Shown one piece after another: positions 16,141 through 24,463 of a stretch of DNA of 64,000 bases; position 1 is the first letter of the stretch, and each line of letters opens with the position of its first letter. Below the pieces are notes generated by a model. That model made no database searches. It was not told the origin of the DNA and saw only the letters and a list, made by a program, of their open reading frames with translations. The stretch is from Anaerolineae bacterium (GTDB taxonomy: Bacteria > Chloroflexota > Anaerolineae > JAAYZQ01), in NCBI GenBank assembly GCA_034435455.1, contig DAOTXL010000137.1, positions 54,687 through 118,686 on the forward strand, written 5' to 3'. The position numbers were made by a program, and so were the translations under genes.

Positions 16141-19100
16141 TTATACCAATGAGCCAACCTGGCGCGGCGGAACCGGCTCGAAGGCCAACTCCATCTCTTG
16201 CAGCCATTCCAGGTCGCAGCGCAGGCAGCGCTTGCATTCCTCCTGGGCTGCCCGCTCGTCCAGCCCCAGCTCTACCTCGCGAAAGTTGCCCCGCCGCTCC
16301 TCCACCGGAAGTTCGGGCATCTCCGGCGGGTGGGCCTGGGCATAGTCGTCCAGGTTGAAGGGCTGGTCCACCACTTCGTAGCCGGGTATGGTGATGATCG
16401 GCTCCACCCTGCCGGTTTGCAGATAATAGTCCACCGTCCGGGCCACAGCGTTGCCCTGGGCCACAGCTTCGACCACCGAAGCCGGCCCGCTGACGGCGTC
16501 GCCGGCAGCAAAGACGCCGGGGCGGGAAGTGGCCAGGGCGTCGTTCACGAGCAGGGTGTTGTCCCGCCGCACCTCGACCTGCCCTGCCAGCCCATCCGGG
16601 TCGGGTGTCTGGCCGATGGCCGGGATCAGCACATCCAGGTCGAGGACGAACTCGGAACCGGAGAGCGGCACCGGGCGGCGGCGGCCACTTCGGTCGAATT
16701 CGCCCAGGGTGTGGCGCAGGCATTCCACGCCGGTGACGTGGCCGTCGCCCAACACCCGGGTAGGGTTGGTCAAAAAGTGAAAGACCGTGCCTTCCTCTTC
16801 GGCAGCCTCGATCTCCTCTTTGTAGGCCGGCATCTCGTCGCGGCGCCGCCGGTAGAGGATGTGCACCTGGCTGGCGCCCAGCCGCCAGGCCGTGCGCGCG
16901 GCGTCAATGGCCACGTTGCCGCCGCCGACCACGCCGACCCGTTTGCCCTTCAGGTCGGGGGCATGGCCCAGGGCCACGTCGCGCAAAAAGTCCACACCGT
17001 GGATGACCCCCTCCTTTTCCTCCCCTTCAATCCGCAACCGGCCGCTATAGTGGGCGCCGATGGCCAGCACCACGGCGCTGTATCCCTGCTCCAGGAGGGA
17101 GTCCAGGGTAAAGTCGCGGCCCAGGGCTTGATTGCAGCGGATCTCGACGCCGGCGCGGCGGATGTTGTCAATTTCGACCTGGAGGATCTCCTTGGGCAGG
17201 CGGTAATCGGGGATGCCCACGGCCATCATCCCGCCGGGGATGGGGAGCTTTTCGAATACGGTGACCCTGTACCCCTGTTGGGCCAGGCGCAACGCTGCGG
17301 TCAGGCCGGCCGGACCGGAGCCCACCACCGCCACCTTCTCGGTCTTGGGCTTGCCCAGGAGGGGAGGCGTCCAGGGGTTCTTGAGCTCATGGTCGGCCAT
17401 AAAACGTTTCACGGCGCGGATGGCGATCGGTTCGTCAATGTCGCCGCGCCGGCAGCGGGACTGGCAGAAGGCGGGGCATACCCGACCGCAGACCAGGGGG
17501 AAGGGGTTGGTCCGGCGGTGGATCTCCAGCCCCTCGGCGTAGCGGCCCTGGGCGATGAGGGCCACGTAGCTGGGCACATCCACATCGGCCGGGCAGGCGT
17601 TGGTGCAGCGGGCCCGGACCAGCTCTTTGCAGACGCCGGCCGGGCAGCGCTTTTCCACGATGTGGGCTCGGAACTCGTCCTCAAAGTAGCGCAGCGCCGC
17701 GTTGATCGGCCCCGGTGTCAGTTGCCCCAGGGCGCACAGGCTGCCGGTTTCCATCCCAGCCGCGATCTGGCGGATGGCATCCAGGTCTTCTAGCCGACCC
17801 TGCCCCTTGGTGATGCGGGCCAGCACCTCCAGCAGCCGCTTGCCGCCCATGCGGCAGGGGATACATTTGCCACAGCTCTCGGCGGTGGCAAAGGTCAGGA
17901 AGAACCTGGCGAACTCGACCATGCAGGTGTCTTCGTCCACCACGATCATGCCGCCGGAGCCCATCACCGCGCCCACTTCTTTGAGGGAGTCGAAATCCAC
18001 CCGCACATTCAGGTGTTCGGCGGGGATGCAGCCACCCAGCGGGCCGCCGGTCTGCACGGCCTTGAACCTTTTGCCGTTGGGCACGCCACCGCCGATGTCA
18101 AAGATAATCTCCCCCAGGGTGATGCCCATGGGAACCTCAACCAGGCCGGTGTTGTTCACCTTGCCGGTGAGGGCAAAGATGGCCGTGCCGGGGGAACGGG
18201 GCGAGCCGATGTTGGCAAACCATTCTGCCCCGCGCAGGATGATCTGCGGCACGTTGCAGTAGCTCTTGACGTTGTTCAGGTTGGTGGGTTTGTTCCACAA
18301 CCCCCGGACGGCGGGGAAGGGAGGGCGGGGGCGGGGTTCGCCGCGGCGGCCTTCGATGGAGGCTAGCAGCGCCGTCTCTTCGCCGCAGACAAAAGCGCCC
18401 GCGCCCTCTTTGACATAAAGGCGGAAGGAGAAGTTGGACCCCAGGATATTGTCCCCCAACAGCCCATATTCCTCGGCCTGGGCGATGGCGATCTTGAGGC
18501 GTTTGATGGCCAGCGGATACTCGGCCCGGCAATAGATGTACCCTTCCCGGGCCCCCACCGCGTAGCCACAGATGGTCATCCCTTCGATCAGGCTGTGGGG
18601 GTCACCTTCGATAAGGGAACGGTCCATGAAGGCCCCCGGGTCCCCCTCATCGGCGTTGCACACCACATATTTGACGTCGCCGGGCGCCTTGGCGGTCAGC
18701 TCCCATTTGATGCCGGTGGCAAAACCGGCGCCACCTCGCCCCCGCAGCCTGGAGGCTTTGACCTCTTCGATCACTTCGGCCGGTGTCATGGAGGACAGGA
18801 CCTTGACGAGGGCCTGATAACCATCCCGGGCGATATATTCCTCGATATTCTCCGGGTCGATCATGCCGCAGTTGCGCAGGGTGATGCGCAGTTGTTTGCT
18901 GTAGAAGGGGATTTCGCCGTAGAACGGCACGGCCTGGTGGGCCGAAGGCTCCTTGTAGGTCAGCCGTTCTACCACACGCCCTTTGAGCAGCGTCTCTTCG
19001 ACCAGAAACGGGACATCTTCTGGTTGGACCTGACAGTAAAAGATGCCGTCGGGGTAGATGATCATCACCGGCCCCATGGCACAGAACCCCCGGCAGCCGG

Positions 19101-19242
19101 TGTGCACCACCTGGACCTCACCTGCCAGCCCCTGGCGTTCGACCTCCTGCACCAGGGCCTGGTAGACGCCGGTCGATCCAGAGGCTTCGCAGCCGGTTCC
19201 GCCGCAGACCAGCACACTGGCCCGATAGATTGCTTCGGTCAT
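16141..19242 (-). CDS. Multidomain flavoprotein: NuoE-like [2Fe-2S] + NuoF-like (FMN/NAD, 4Fe-4S) + 2x[4Fe-4S] + GltD/NfnB-like FAD/NAD(P) oxidoreductase domain
   Basis: 1033 aa. VLVCGGTGCEASGS...CRGFCAMGP, then GRGGAGFATGIKW and ESCGKCIPCR, then two CxxCxxCxxxCP ferredoxin motifs, then VAVVGSGPAGLTAA...VGVVGGGNVAIDAAR...VFAAGD. Confidence 0.8.
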   Translation of the reverse strand: MTEAIYRASVLVCGGTGCEASGSTGVYQALVQEVERQGLAGEVQVVHTGCRGFCAMGPVMIIYPDGIFYCQVQPEDVPFLVEETLLKGRVVERLTYKEPSAHQAVPFYGEIPFYSKQLRITLRNCGMIDPENIEEYIARDGYQALVKVLSSMTPAEVIEEVKASRLRGRGGAGFATGIKWELTAKAPGDVKYVVCNADEGDPGAFMDRSLIEGDPHSLIEGMTICGYAVGAREGYIYCRAEYPLAIKRLKIAIAQAEEYGLLGDNILGSNFSFRLYVKEGAGAFVCGEETALLASIEGRRGEPRPRPPFPAVRGLWNKPTNLNNVKSYCNVPQIILRGAEWFANIGSPRSPGTAIFALTGKVNNTGLVEVPMGITLGEIIFDIGGGVPNGKRFKAVQTGGPLGGCIPAEHLNVRVDFDSLKEVGAVMGSGGMIVVDEDTCMVEFARFFLTFATAESCGKCIPCRMGGKRLLEVLARITKGQGRLEDLDAIRQIAAGMETGSLCALGQLTPGPINAALRYFEDEFRAHIVEKRCPAGVCKELVRARCTNACPADVDVPSYVALIAQGRYAEGLEIHRRTNPFPLVCGRVCPAFCQSRCRRGDIDEPIAIRAVKRFMADHELKNPWTPPLLGKPKTEKVAVVGSGPAGLTAALRLAQQGYRVTVFEKLPIPGGMMAVGIPDYRLPKEILQVEIDNIRRAGVEIRCNQALGRDFTLDSLLEQGYSAVVLAIGAHYSGRLRIEGEEKEGVIHGVDFLRDVALGHAPDLKGKRVGVVGGGNVAIDAARTAWRLGASQVHILYRRRRDEMPAYKEEIEAAEEEGTVFHFLTNPTRVLGDGHVTGVECLRHTLGEFDRSGRRRPVPLSGSEFVLDLDVLIPAIGQTPDPDGLAGQVEVRRDNTLLVNDALATSRPGVFAAGDAVSGPASVVEAVAQGNAVARTVDYYLQTGRVEPIITIPGYEVVDQPFNLDDYAQAHPPEMPELPVEERRGNFREVELGLDERAAQEECKRCLRCDLEWLQEMELAFEPVPPRQVGSLV

Positions 19243-19283
19243 CTCTATCCTCTTCCTATTGTTGTCCGATGCCGGTAACTGTT

Positions 19284-19326
19284 CAGGTGCCAGGCACTTG
19301 GGCGAATTCTACAAGTGCCTGGCACC
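19284..19326. promoter_or_regulatory. Dyad-symmetric element, copy A: two AAGTGCCWGGCACTT-type 15-mers separated by 13 bp
   Basis: aactgttcAGGTGCCAGGCACTTgggcgaattctacAAGTGCCTGGCACcc. It lies in the 5' region of the fusion flavoprotein gene, between two copies of a 27-bp direct repeat (19248-19274 and 19336-19362). Confidence 0.5.
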
Positions 19327-19343
19327 CGATAGTAACCCTCTTC

Positions 19344-19733
19344 CTATTGTTGTCCGATGCCGGCGGTGGGTACCCGGCCCATGGCCCATTCCTGAATGAC
19401 CCGGCCGTGGATCAGATGCTCTTCGATCAGCCGGGGTACCATGTCAGGGTGGACGTTGCAGTAGGTAATGCGCGGTTGGCCCGCCTGTTCGATATCCACC
19501 AGCGGTTCTTTGGAGCACATCCCGATGCAACCGACCGTGGAGACATGGGCATCAATCCCCCGCTTTTGTAGTTCGGCCAGGATGGCGTGCATGGTCTCGC
19601 GGGCACCGGCGGCGATGCCACAGGTGCCCATGCCGACGACGATCCGGGTCCCCGTCTCGGTCCGGACTTTGAGGGCTTGTTGGGCTTGTTCGCGGATTTT
19701 TTGCAGTTCGTCAATATTTTTGAGCCTGGGCAT
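19344..19733 (-). CDS. Thioredoxin-like [2Fe-2S] ferredoxin (HndA/NuoE C-terminal-domain-like)
   Basis: VVGMGTCGIAAGARE...VGCIGMCSKEPLV cysteine pattern. Confidence 0.7.
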   Translation of the reverse strand: MPRLKNIDELQKIREQAQQALKVRTETGTRIVVGMGTCGIAAGARETMHAILAELQKRGIDAHVSTVGCIGMCSKEPLVDIEQAGQPRITYCNVHPDMVPRLIEEHLIHGRVIQEWAMGRVPTAGIGQQ

Positions 19734-19990
19734 AGTCTCCTCTCTTCTTCATGGCCTGCGGCCGATCAGGTGTCTGGCGTTCTTGCTGCCCCGGAGGACC
19801 GGGCCTTGCAGAAGGTTTGATCTGGACATTCTGCCCGGTTCGGCCCCGGCGAGAAGCTGGAACCTTGGGACCGGGCAGACCTGGGCAAAGGGCAAAAGGA
19901 TGTCTGAACCCTCGTCAGAAACTTTTTTCAGCCGGACAGGGTTGTCCCCTTGTCTCACGACAGGCACTCCCTATAGCCGGCCCCTCGTGA

Positions 19991-20076
19991 GAGCCTGTCC
20001 GAAAGCCTGGGGGGCAGGCTTCCCAGCCTGCCCGGACGGCCTGGAAGGGCCGTTCCACACCCGTTTTCGGATCGGC
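19991..20076. repeat. Dispersed intergenic repeat, copy 1 (also at 48545..48613; partial at 20255..20310)
   Basis: gagcctgtc(c/t)ga(a/g)a(g/a)cctg(g/t)ggggcag...aagcctgcccgga...acacccgttttcggat(c/g)gg is shared. It contains a conserved hairpin GGGCAGGCU-N4-AGCCUGCCC. Confidence 0.5.
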
Positions 20077-20090
20077 TCTTAGCCTTGTGA

Positions 20091-20119
20091 AGTTTAGCAC
20101 GAACCCGGTTGCCTGTCAA
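20091..20119 (-). promoter_or_regulatory. Sigma70-like promoter, TTGACA-N17-TGcTAAACT, reading leftward into a roughly 345-nt leader
   Basis: Consensus -35 hexamer, 17-bp spacer and extended -10. The same GTGCTAAACTTCACAA block recurs at 25905-25925. Confidence 0.45.
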
Positions 20120-20342
20120 ATATCTGCCCGGCTGTGGGGTTGGCCCTGGATGGGGCGGGGGCGTTGGAGGGCGGTGGCGGTGCCTGGAATCGAGAACTTG
20201 AATTTTCCGGGACAGTGTGATACGATAAGAGCCGGTCCGAAGGACCGGCGGGCGGGCCGTTCGGCCTGCCCGGAGCGGCTGGAAAGGCCATCTGGCTGTT
20301 TGGGGATGGGTTCCAGGTGGGCAGAGGAGGGGAGGGGCAGGT

Positions 20343-21728
20343 ATGGAGGGTGGCATCCCTTTTGAGACAGAGCTGATCGAGCGCATCGGCTGGCTCATCC
20401 GCCTGCGCTGGCTGGCCGTTGTCGGCACGGCGGTGGCTGTGGCCCTGGGCTGGTTGATATACCGGGGCGCGTTGCCTGTGGGGCCCCTGCTCGGTACTGT
20501 CCTGGCCATTGCCCTGTACAACGGCCAGTTTTCCTTCTACGCCCACGCCCTTCGGTCGAGCCAGGCCGGCATCGTCCGGCTGCGGCAGGCGAGCCGCTTT
20601 GCTTCCCTCCAGATCGTGTTGGACCTGCTGGCCCTGGCCGTCCTGCTCCACTTTTCCGGCGGGGTCGAGAACCCGATGGCCCTGTTTTTTGTGTTCCATA
20701 CCATTATTGCCAGCATTCTCCTGTCGCAGCGGGTGAGCTTTGTGATGGCCACGTTGGGAGCTGTGCTGTTTGCCGCTGTCGCCGGGAGTGAGTATGCGGG
20801 CCTGCTGCCCCACTATCATCTGCCTGTCCTGAAGGGGATCGAATTCTATCGGGCTGGTGGCTATGTGCTGACCGTTGTGGGGGTGATGGCCCTGACCCTG
20901 GGGCTGGTGGCCTACATGACCTCTTCCATCAGCGTCAGGCTGCGCGAGCGGGACCGGGAGTTGGTGCAGAGCCACCAGGCTATCCTGGCCAAGAGCCTGG
21001 AATTGCAGGCGGCCAATGAACGGTTGCGGCGGGTGGATGCCGAGCGCACCCGGTTCATAACCCTGGTTACCCACGAACTGCGGGCGCCTATCAATACCAT
21101 CTATACCTGTGTGGAGCTGGCCCTGACCGGTTCTGTTTCCCCGGAAACGGTGCGTGACATGCTGGAACGGGTCAAAAGGCGGGCGGCTGAACTGTCGGAA
21201 TTGATCGGCGACCTGTTGCGGCTGGCCCGGGCGCGGGAGGAGGCCAGTCGGGATGAGGAGGTGGGGATCATTCAGCCGGCCGAGGTGTTGCAGAGTGTGG
21301 TCCAGCTCATGAGGACGGAAGCCTATAGCAAGGACCTGTTTCTCAGCGTGGATATAGACCCGGATCTGCCCCCGGTCCGGGCCAATCCCGACCGTCTGAA
21401 GCTGGTGTGGACCAACCTGTTGAGCAATGCCATCAAGTACACCGAACCGGGCGGCATCGTGGCTGTGGCCCTGAAGCATACTCCTGACCAGGTGGTGGGC
21501 ACTGTGCGGGATACCGGCATCGGCATTGCGCCGGAGGATCAGCAGCGGATCTTTGAAGAGTTTTACCGCGCTGACAATGCCCGGGCCCTCTGCCCGACGG
21601 GGACGGGGGTGGGGTTGGCCATCGTGCGGCGCATTATTGAAAATTGGGGGGGCAGGGTGTGGGTCGAATCGGAGCTGGGTCTGGGGAGCAAGTTCACCTT
21701 TGTCCTGCCCAGGGCGGATGTGGGGTGA
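20343..21728 (+). CDS. Membrane sensor histidine kinase (HisKA + HATPase_c)
   Basis: Multiple TM helices, the H-box ITLVTHELRAPIN and N/G boxes (LLSNAIKYT, DTGIGI, GTGVGLAIV). Confidence 0.8.
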   Translation: MEGGIPFETELIERIGWLIRLRWLAVVGTAVAVALGWLIYRGALPVGPLLGTVLAIALYNGQFSFYAHALRSSQAGIVRLRQASRFASLQIVLDLLALAVLLHFSGGVENPMALFFVFHTIIASILLSQRVSFVMATLGAVLFAAVAGSEYAGLLPHYHLPVLKGIEFYRAGGYVLTVVGVMALTLGLVAYMTSSISVRLRERDRELVQSHQAILAKSLELQAANERLRRVDAERTRFITLVTHELRAPINTIYTCVELALTGSVSPETVRDMLERVKRRAAELSELIGDLLRLARAREEASRDEEVGIIQPAEVLQSVVQLMRTEAYSKDLFLSVDIDPDLPPVRANPDRLKLVWTNLLSNAIKYTEPGGIVAVALKHTPDQVVGTVRDTGIGIAPEDQQRIFEEFYRADNARALCPTGTGVGLAIVRRIIENWGGRVWVESELGLGSKFTFVLPRADVG

Positions 21729-21743
21729 ACCGGCATGGAGGGC

Positions 21744-22211
21744 TCACAGCGTTTCAGCCGACCGTTCACACGCTTCGCGGGTATGATGGAGCCGGGAGGC
21801 GATGACCTCGGCCAACTGTTTCATCACCACGAACCCGATGTGGGGCTCGCGGTCAAAGAGGGCGTTGAGGTCATCGGCCTTGAGGGTGAGCAGGGTCACC
21901 GGTTCCAGAGCGGTAGCCGAAGCGGTGAAGCGCTGCTGTTTGACTAACGAGGACCAGCCAAAGATGCGTCCCGGCTTGACCTCCTCGATGGTGGTCTCGC
22001 CGCCGGGCTCCAGGGTGGAGCGCAGGCGGATGTGGACCTGGACCCGGCCGGTCTGCAGGATGAAGAGCCGGTCGGCCAGTTCTTGCTCGGCGCAGATCAG
22101 GTCGCCGGCCTGGTACGTTTCTTCGCGGACGAGGGGGGCGATTTGGGCCAGGGCATCGTCGCTCAATTCATAGAATAGTTCGCAGTCACGCAGGGCTTCT
22201 GGCGAAATCAC
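21744..22211 (-). CDS. Stand-alone cyclic-nucleotide-binding domain protein
   Basis: CAP-effector-domain pattern (FILQTGRVQV...GRIFGWSSLV...ASATAL); GTG start with a GGGAGGAAAAGAAC RBS. Confidence 0.65.
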   Translation of the reverse strand: MISPEALRDCELFYELSDDALAQIAPLVREETYQAGDLICAEQELADRLFILQTGRVQVHIRLRSTLEPGGETTIEEVKPGRIFGWSSLVKQQRFTASATALEPVTLLTLKADDLNALFDREPHIGFVVMKQLAEVIASRLHHTREACERSAETL

Positions 22212-22243
22212 GTTCTTTTCCTCCCGACGGTGGGGCAGGCTTC

Positions 22244-22789
22244 TCAGGGCAAAGTCAGTTCTGCCTCCCCTTCAGCGATATACTCGCCCAGCCATAGCCA
22301 GACCTGGGGATGGGAGAGGGGGACCTCGCCCAGTTCGGCCTGCAGGTCGGCTGTGTCGAACTCGAACGTTTTGCCGTTGACCTGGTGGCGGTAACGCAGG
22401 CGCACCTCCTGTTTGGAGAGCAGGAAGGCCAGCAGGGTATCGGCAATGTTGCCCAGCGGGGCTCGATCCAGATGGCTGTGGCGAAAGCTGGCTGTGACCG
22501 TGGTGCCCTGGCCACAGGCCGATTGCAGGGTCAGGCCGCCCTCGCACAGTTCTGCCGCCTGGGCCAGAAGCGGCAGCCCCAGGCCTACATGGCGGGTGGT
22601 CCGGGTGGTGAAGAACGGGTCTACGGCCTGCCGGGCCGTCTCGGCGTCCATGCCCCGGCCGTTGTCGCGCACGGTGATGGTCAGCCGGTCGGCCGCCAGG
22701 TCTTCGACAATGTTCAGATCCACCTGGGTGGCTCCGGCTTCCAGGGCGTTCTGCAGCAGGTCCAGGATGTGCAGGGACAGCTCGCGCAT
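22244..22789 (-). CDS. GHKL-type ATPase (histidine-kinase-like ATP-binding domain only)
   Basis: NALEAG...DNGRGMD...GLGLPL (N, G1, G2 boxes); AAGAGG RBS before MRELSL... Confidence 0.6.
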   Translation of the reverse strand: MRELSLHILDLLQNALEAGATQVDLNIVEDLAADRLTITVRDNGRGMDAETARQAVDPFFTTRTTRHVGLGLPLLAQAAELCEGGLTLQSACGQGTTVTASFRHSHLDRAPLGNIADTLLAFLLSKQEVRLRYRHQVNGKTFEFDTADLQAELGEVPLSHPQVWLWLGEYIAEGEAELTLP

Positions 22790-22830
22790 CCTCTTGTCCT
22801 CGCCGGGTAGGACCACCCTCTGGGGTCCGG

Positions 22831-23298
22831 TTACTCCAGGCTGTCTACAAGGGCGGCCATGCTCTCCGGGACCAGGTGGCCCACCACCTTGTCGTCAATC
22901 ATGGCTACCGGGGCCAGGCCGCAGGAGCCCAGGCAGTAGACCACTTCGTAGGTCAGCCGATAGTCGGGGGTTGTCTCGCCCGCCTGGATCCCCAGGCGGT
23001 TTTGGATCGTATCAATAATGCGCGCGGCGCCTCGCACGTGGCAGGCGGTGCCATCGCATTGGCGGATGACGTGTCGCCCGCGGCGGGTGAGGTAGAACTG
23101 GGAGTAGAAGGTCACCACGCCATAGATCTGGCTCAGCGGGACCTTCATTTCCTGGGCGATCGTTTTGAGCACCGGCTGGGGCAGCCAGCCATAGATCTCC
23201 TGGGCTTTTTGCAGGACCGGGATCACCGCTCCGCGCTGTGTTTTATACCTTTCCAACACCTCGTACAGGGGAGCCAGGTTTAGAGCCTCTTCTGCCAT
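22831..23298 (-). CDS. NuoE/HoxE-like thioredoxin-like [2Fe-2S] protein
   Basis: CDGTACHVRGA...CLGSCGLAPV pattern. Confidence 0.8.
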   Translation of the reverse strand: MAEEALNLAPLYEVLERYKTQRGAVIPVLQKAQEIYGWLPQPVLKTIAQEMKVPLSQIYGVVTFYSQFYLTRRGRHVIRQCDGTACHVRGAARIIDTIQNRLGIQAGETTPDYRLTYEVVYCLGSCGLAPVAMIDDKVVGHLVPESMAALVDSLE

Positions 23299-23332
23299 CT
23301 ATTTCCTCCGTCGAAAGGGTTACCAGGTATGC

Positions 23333-24073
23333 CTACTGAATTCTGACCCACCGGCCGGCCTGACCTGCCAGCGCCAGGGCCAGTTCGGCCACGGTAGGCT
23401 GCTGCACTTTGAACATTGTCCGCGCCGTCATCTCTTCCAGGCGGTGGGCATCGCCGCTGACGATTATGCCATAACCTGCCGTCTGAGGCAAACGCCGGGC
23501 CACTTCTAGCGGGTCGGCTTTGCGCGACAGCTCCAGGCCGGCGATCGGCAGGTGGGGGGGGATGAACCCCAGGTTGACGATCAGGCTGTTGGTGGGGCGA
23601 TCGAGGTGGGCCGGCAGCACGATCCCCCCCAGCGTCTGTGTGCCGGTCACCACCTCCTCCACCGACAGGGAGGCTGCGACCGACAACAGCCGTTTTTCGG
23701 TGTAGAGGTACTGGCCGGTTGCGTCTACGACGAACTGGGCGCCAAAGAACTCTTCGTTGTTCTCCCGGTCTGGCAGGGCGGCCCATACCTGTTTCTGCCA
23801 GGCCAGGACCTGTTCCACCGTGTCGAACAGGCAGATCAGGTGCACCTCCTCCCGGCTCTGGACCTCCATGCCGGGCAGGACCGTCAGGCCGGTGCCGGCT
23901 GCTGCTTCGACCACGGCGGCGGTGTTGCCGGCCGCATTGTGGTCGGTGATGGCCAGCAGTTCCAGCCCCAGTTCCCTTGCCCGCCTGACGATGAGGGGGG
24001 GGATCATTTCCACCTCAGCGCAGGGTGACAGGACGGTATGCACATGGAGGTCGGCCAGCAGGTAGTGCCACAT
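23333..24073 (-). CDS. PHP-domain (polymerase/histidinol-phosphatase-like) metal-dependent phosphoesterase
   Basis: LADLHVHTVLSPCA...ITDHN...GMEV motifs. Confidence 0.7.
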   Translation of the reverse strand: MWHYLLADLHVHTVLSPCAEVEMIPPLIVRRARELGLELLAITDHNAAGNTAAVVEAAAGTGLTVLPGMEVQSREEVHLICLFDTVEQVLAWQKQVWAALPDRENNEEFFGAQFVVDATGQYLYTEKRLLSVAASLSVEEVVTGTQTLGGIVLPAHLDRPTNSLIVNLGFIPPHLPIAGLELSRKADPLEVARRLPQTAGYGIIVSGDAHRLEEMTARTMFKVQQPTVAELALALAGQAGRWVRIQ

Positions 24074-24113
24074 GGTTGCTTATCGGGTGGGAGGTGGTTC
24101 GCGGGGGGCTGGC

Positions 24114-24452
24114 CTATGCTCCGGCGATGCCCAGGGCGCTCAACTGGCCGGTCACGGTAAAGGTCGTTTGCGGTGAGCTCAACAGCGTTACCTCATTCTC
24201 CCGGGCCCGGTCCACCGTTTCCCGATCCGGCATCACCCCTTCGGTGATGATCACGGCAGCCAGGTCCAGCAGCGAGGCTACAGCTACGACGTTGGGGTGG
24301 GCCTGGAGGGTGACCCACACGTTGCCCGACCGGGCCCGGGCCATCACACAGCTCAGCAGGTCTGAAGCATAGCCGCCGGTCACCGGGCGGTTCATCTGGC
24401 CGGGGGTGATCACCTGCAGCCCCAACCTGCTCACCAACTCTTGGACAAGCAT
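24114..24452 (-). CDS. DRTGG-domain protein
   Basis: QVITPG...VMARAR...SLLDLAAVIITEG pattern, typical of the DRTGG family. Confidence 0.6.
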   Translation of the reverse strand: MLVQELVSRLGLQVITPGQMNRPVTGGYASDLLSCVMARARSGNVWVTLQAHPNVVAVASLLDLAAVIITEGVMPDRETVDRARENEVTLLSSPQTTFTVTGQLSALGIAGA

Positions 24453-24463
24453 CCTGGCCTCCT

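Noticed and set aside
16198-17793. 531-aa plus-strand ORF
   Set aside because: It is antisense to the NuoE/NuoF/GltD fusion gene, which has dense cofactor-binding motifs. It has none.
19468-20521. Several 60-200-aa ORFs in the 600-bp region upstream of the ferredoxin gene
   Set aside because: They overlap in different frames, have no RBS and give low-complexity translations. The region is better explained as a promoter plus long leader containing repeats.
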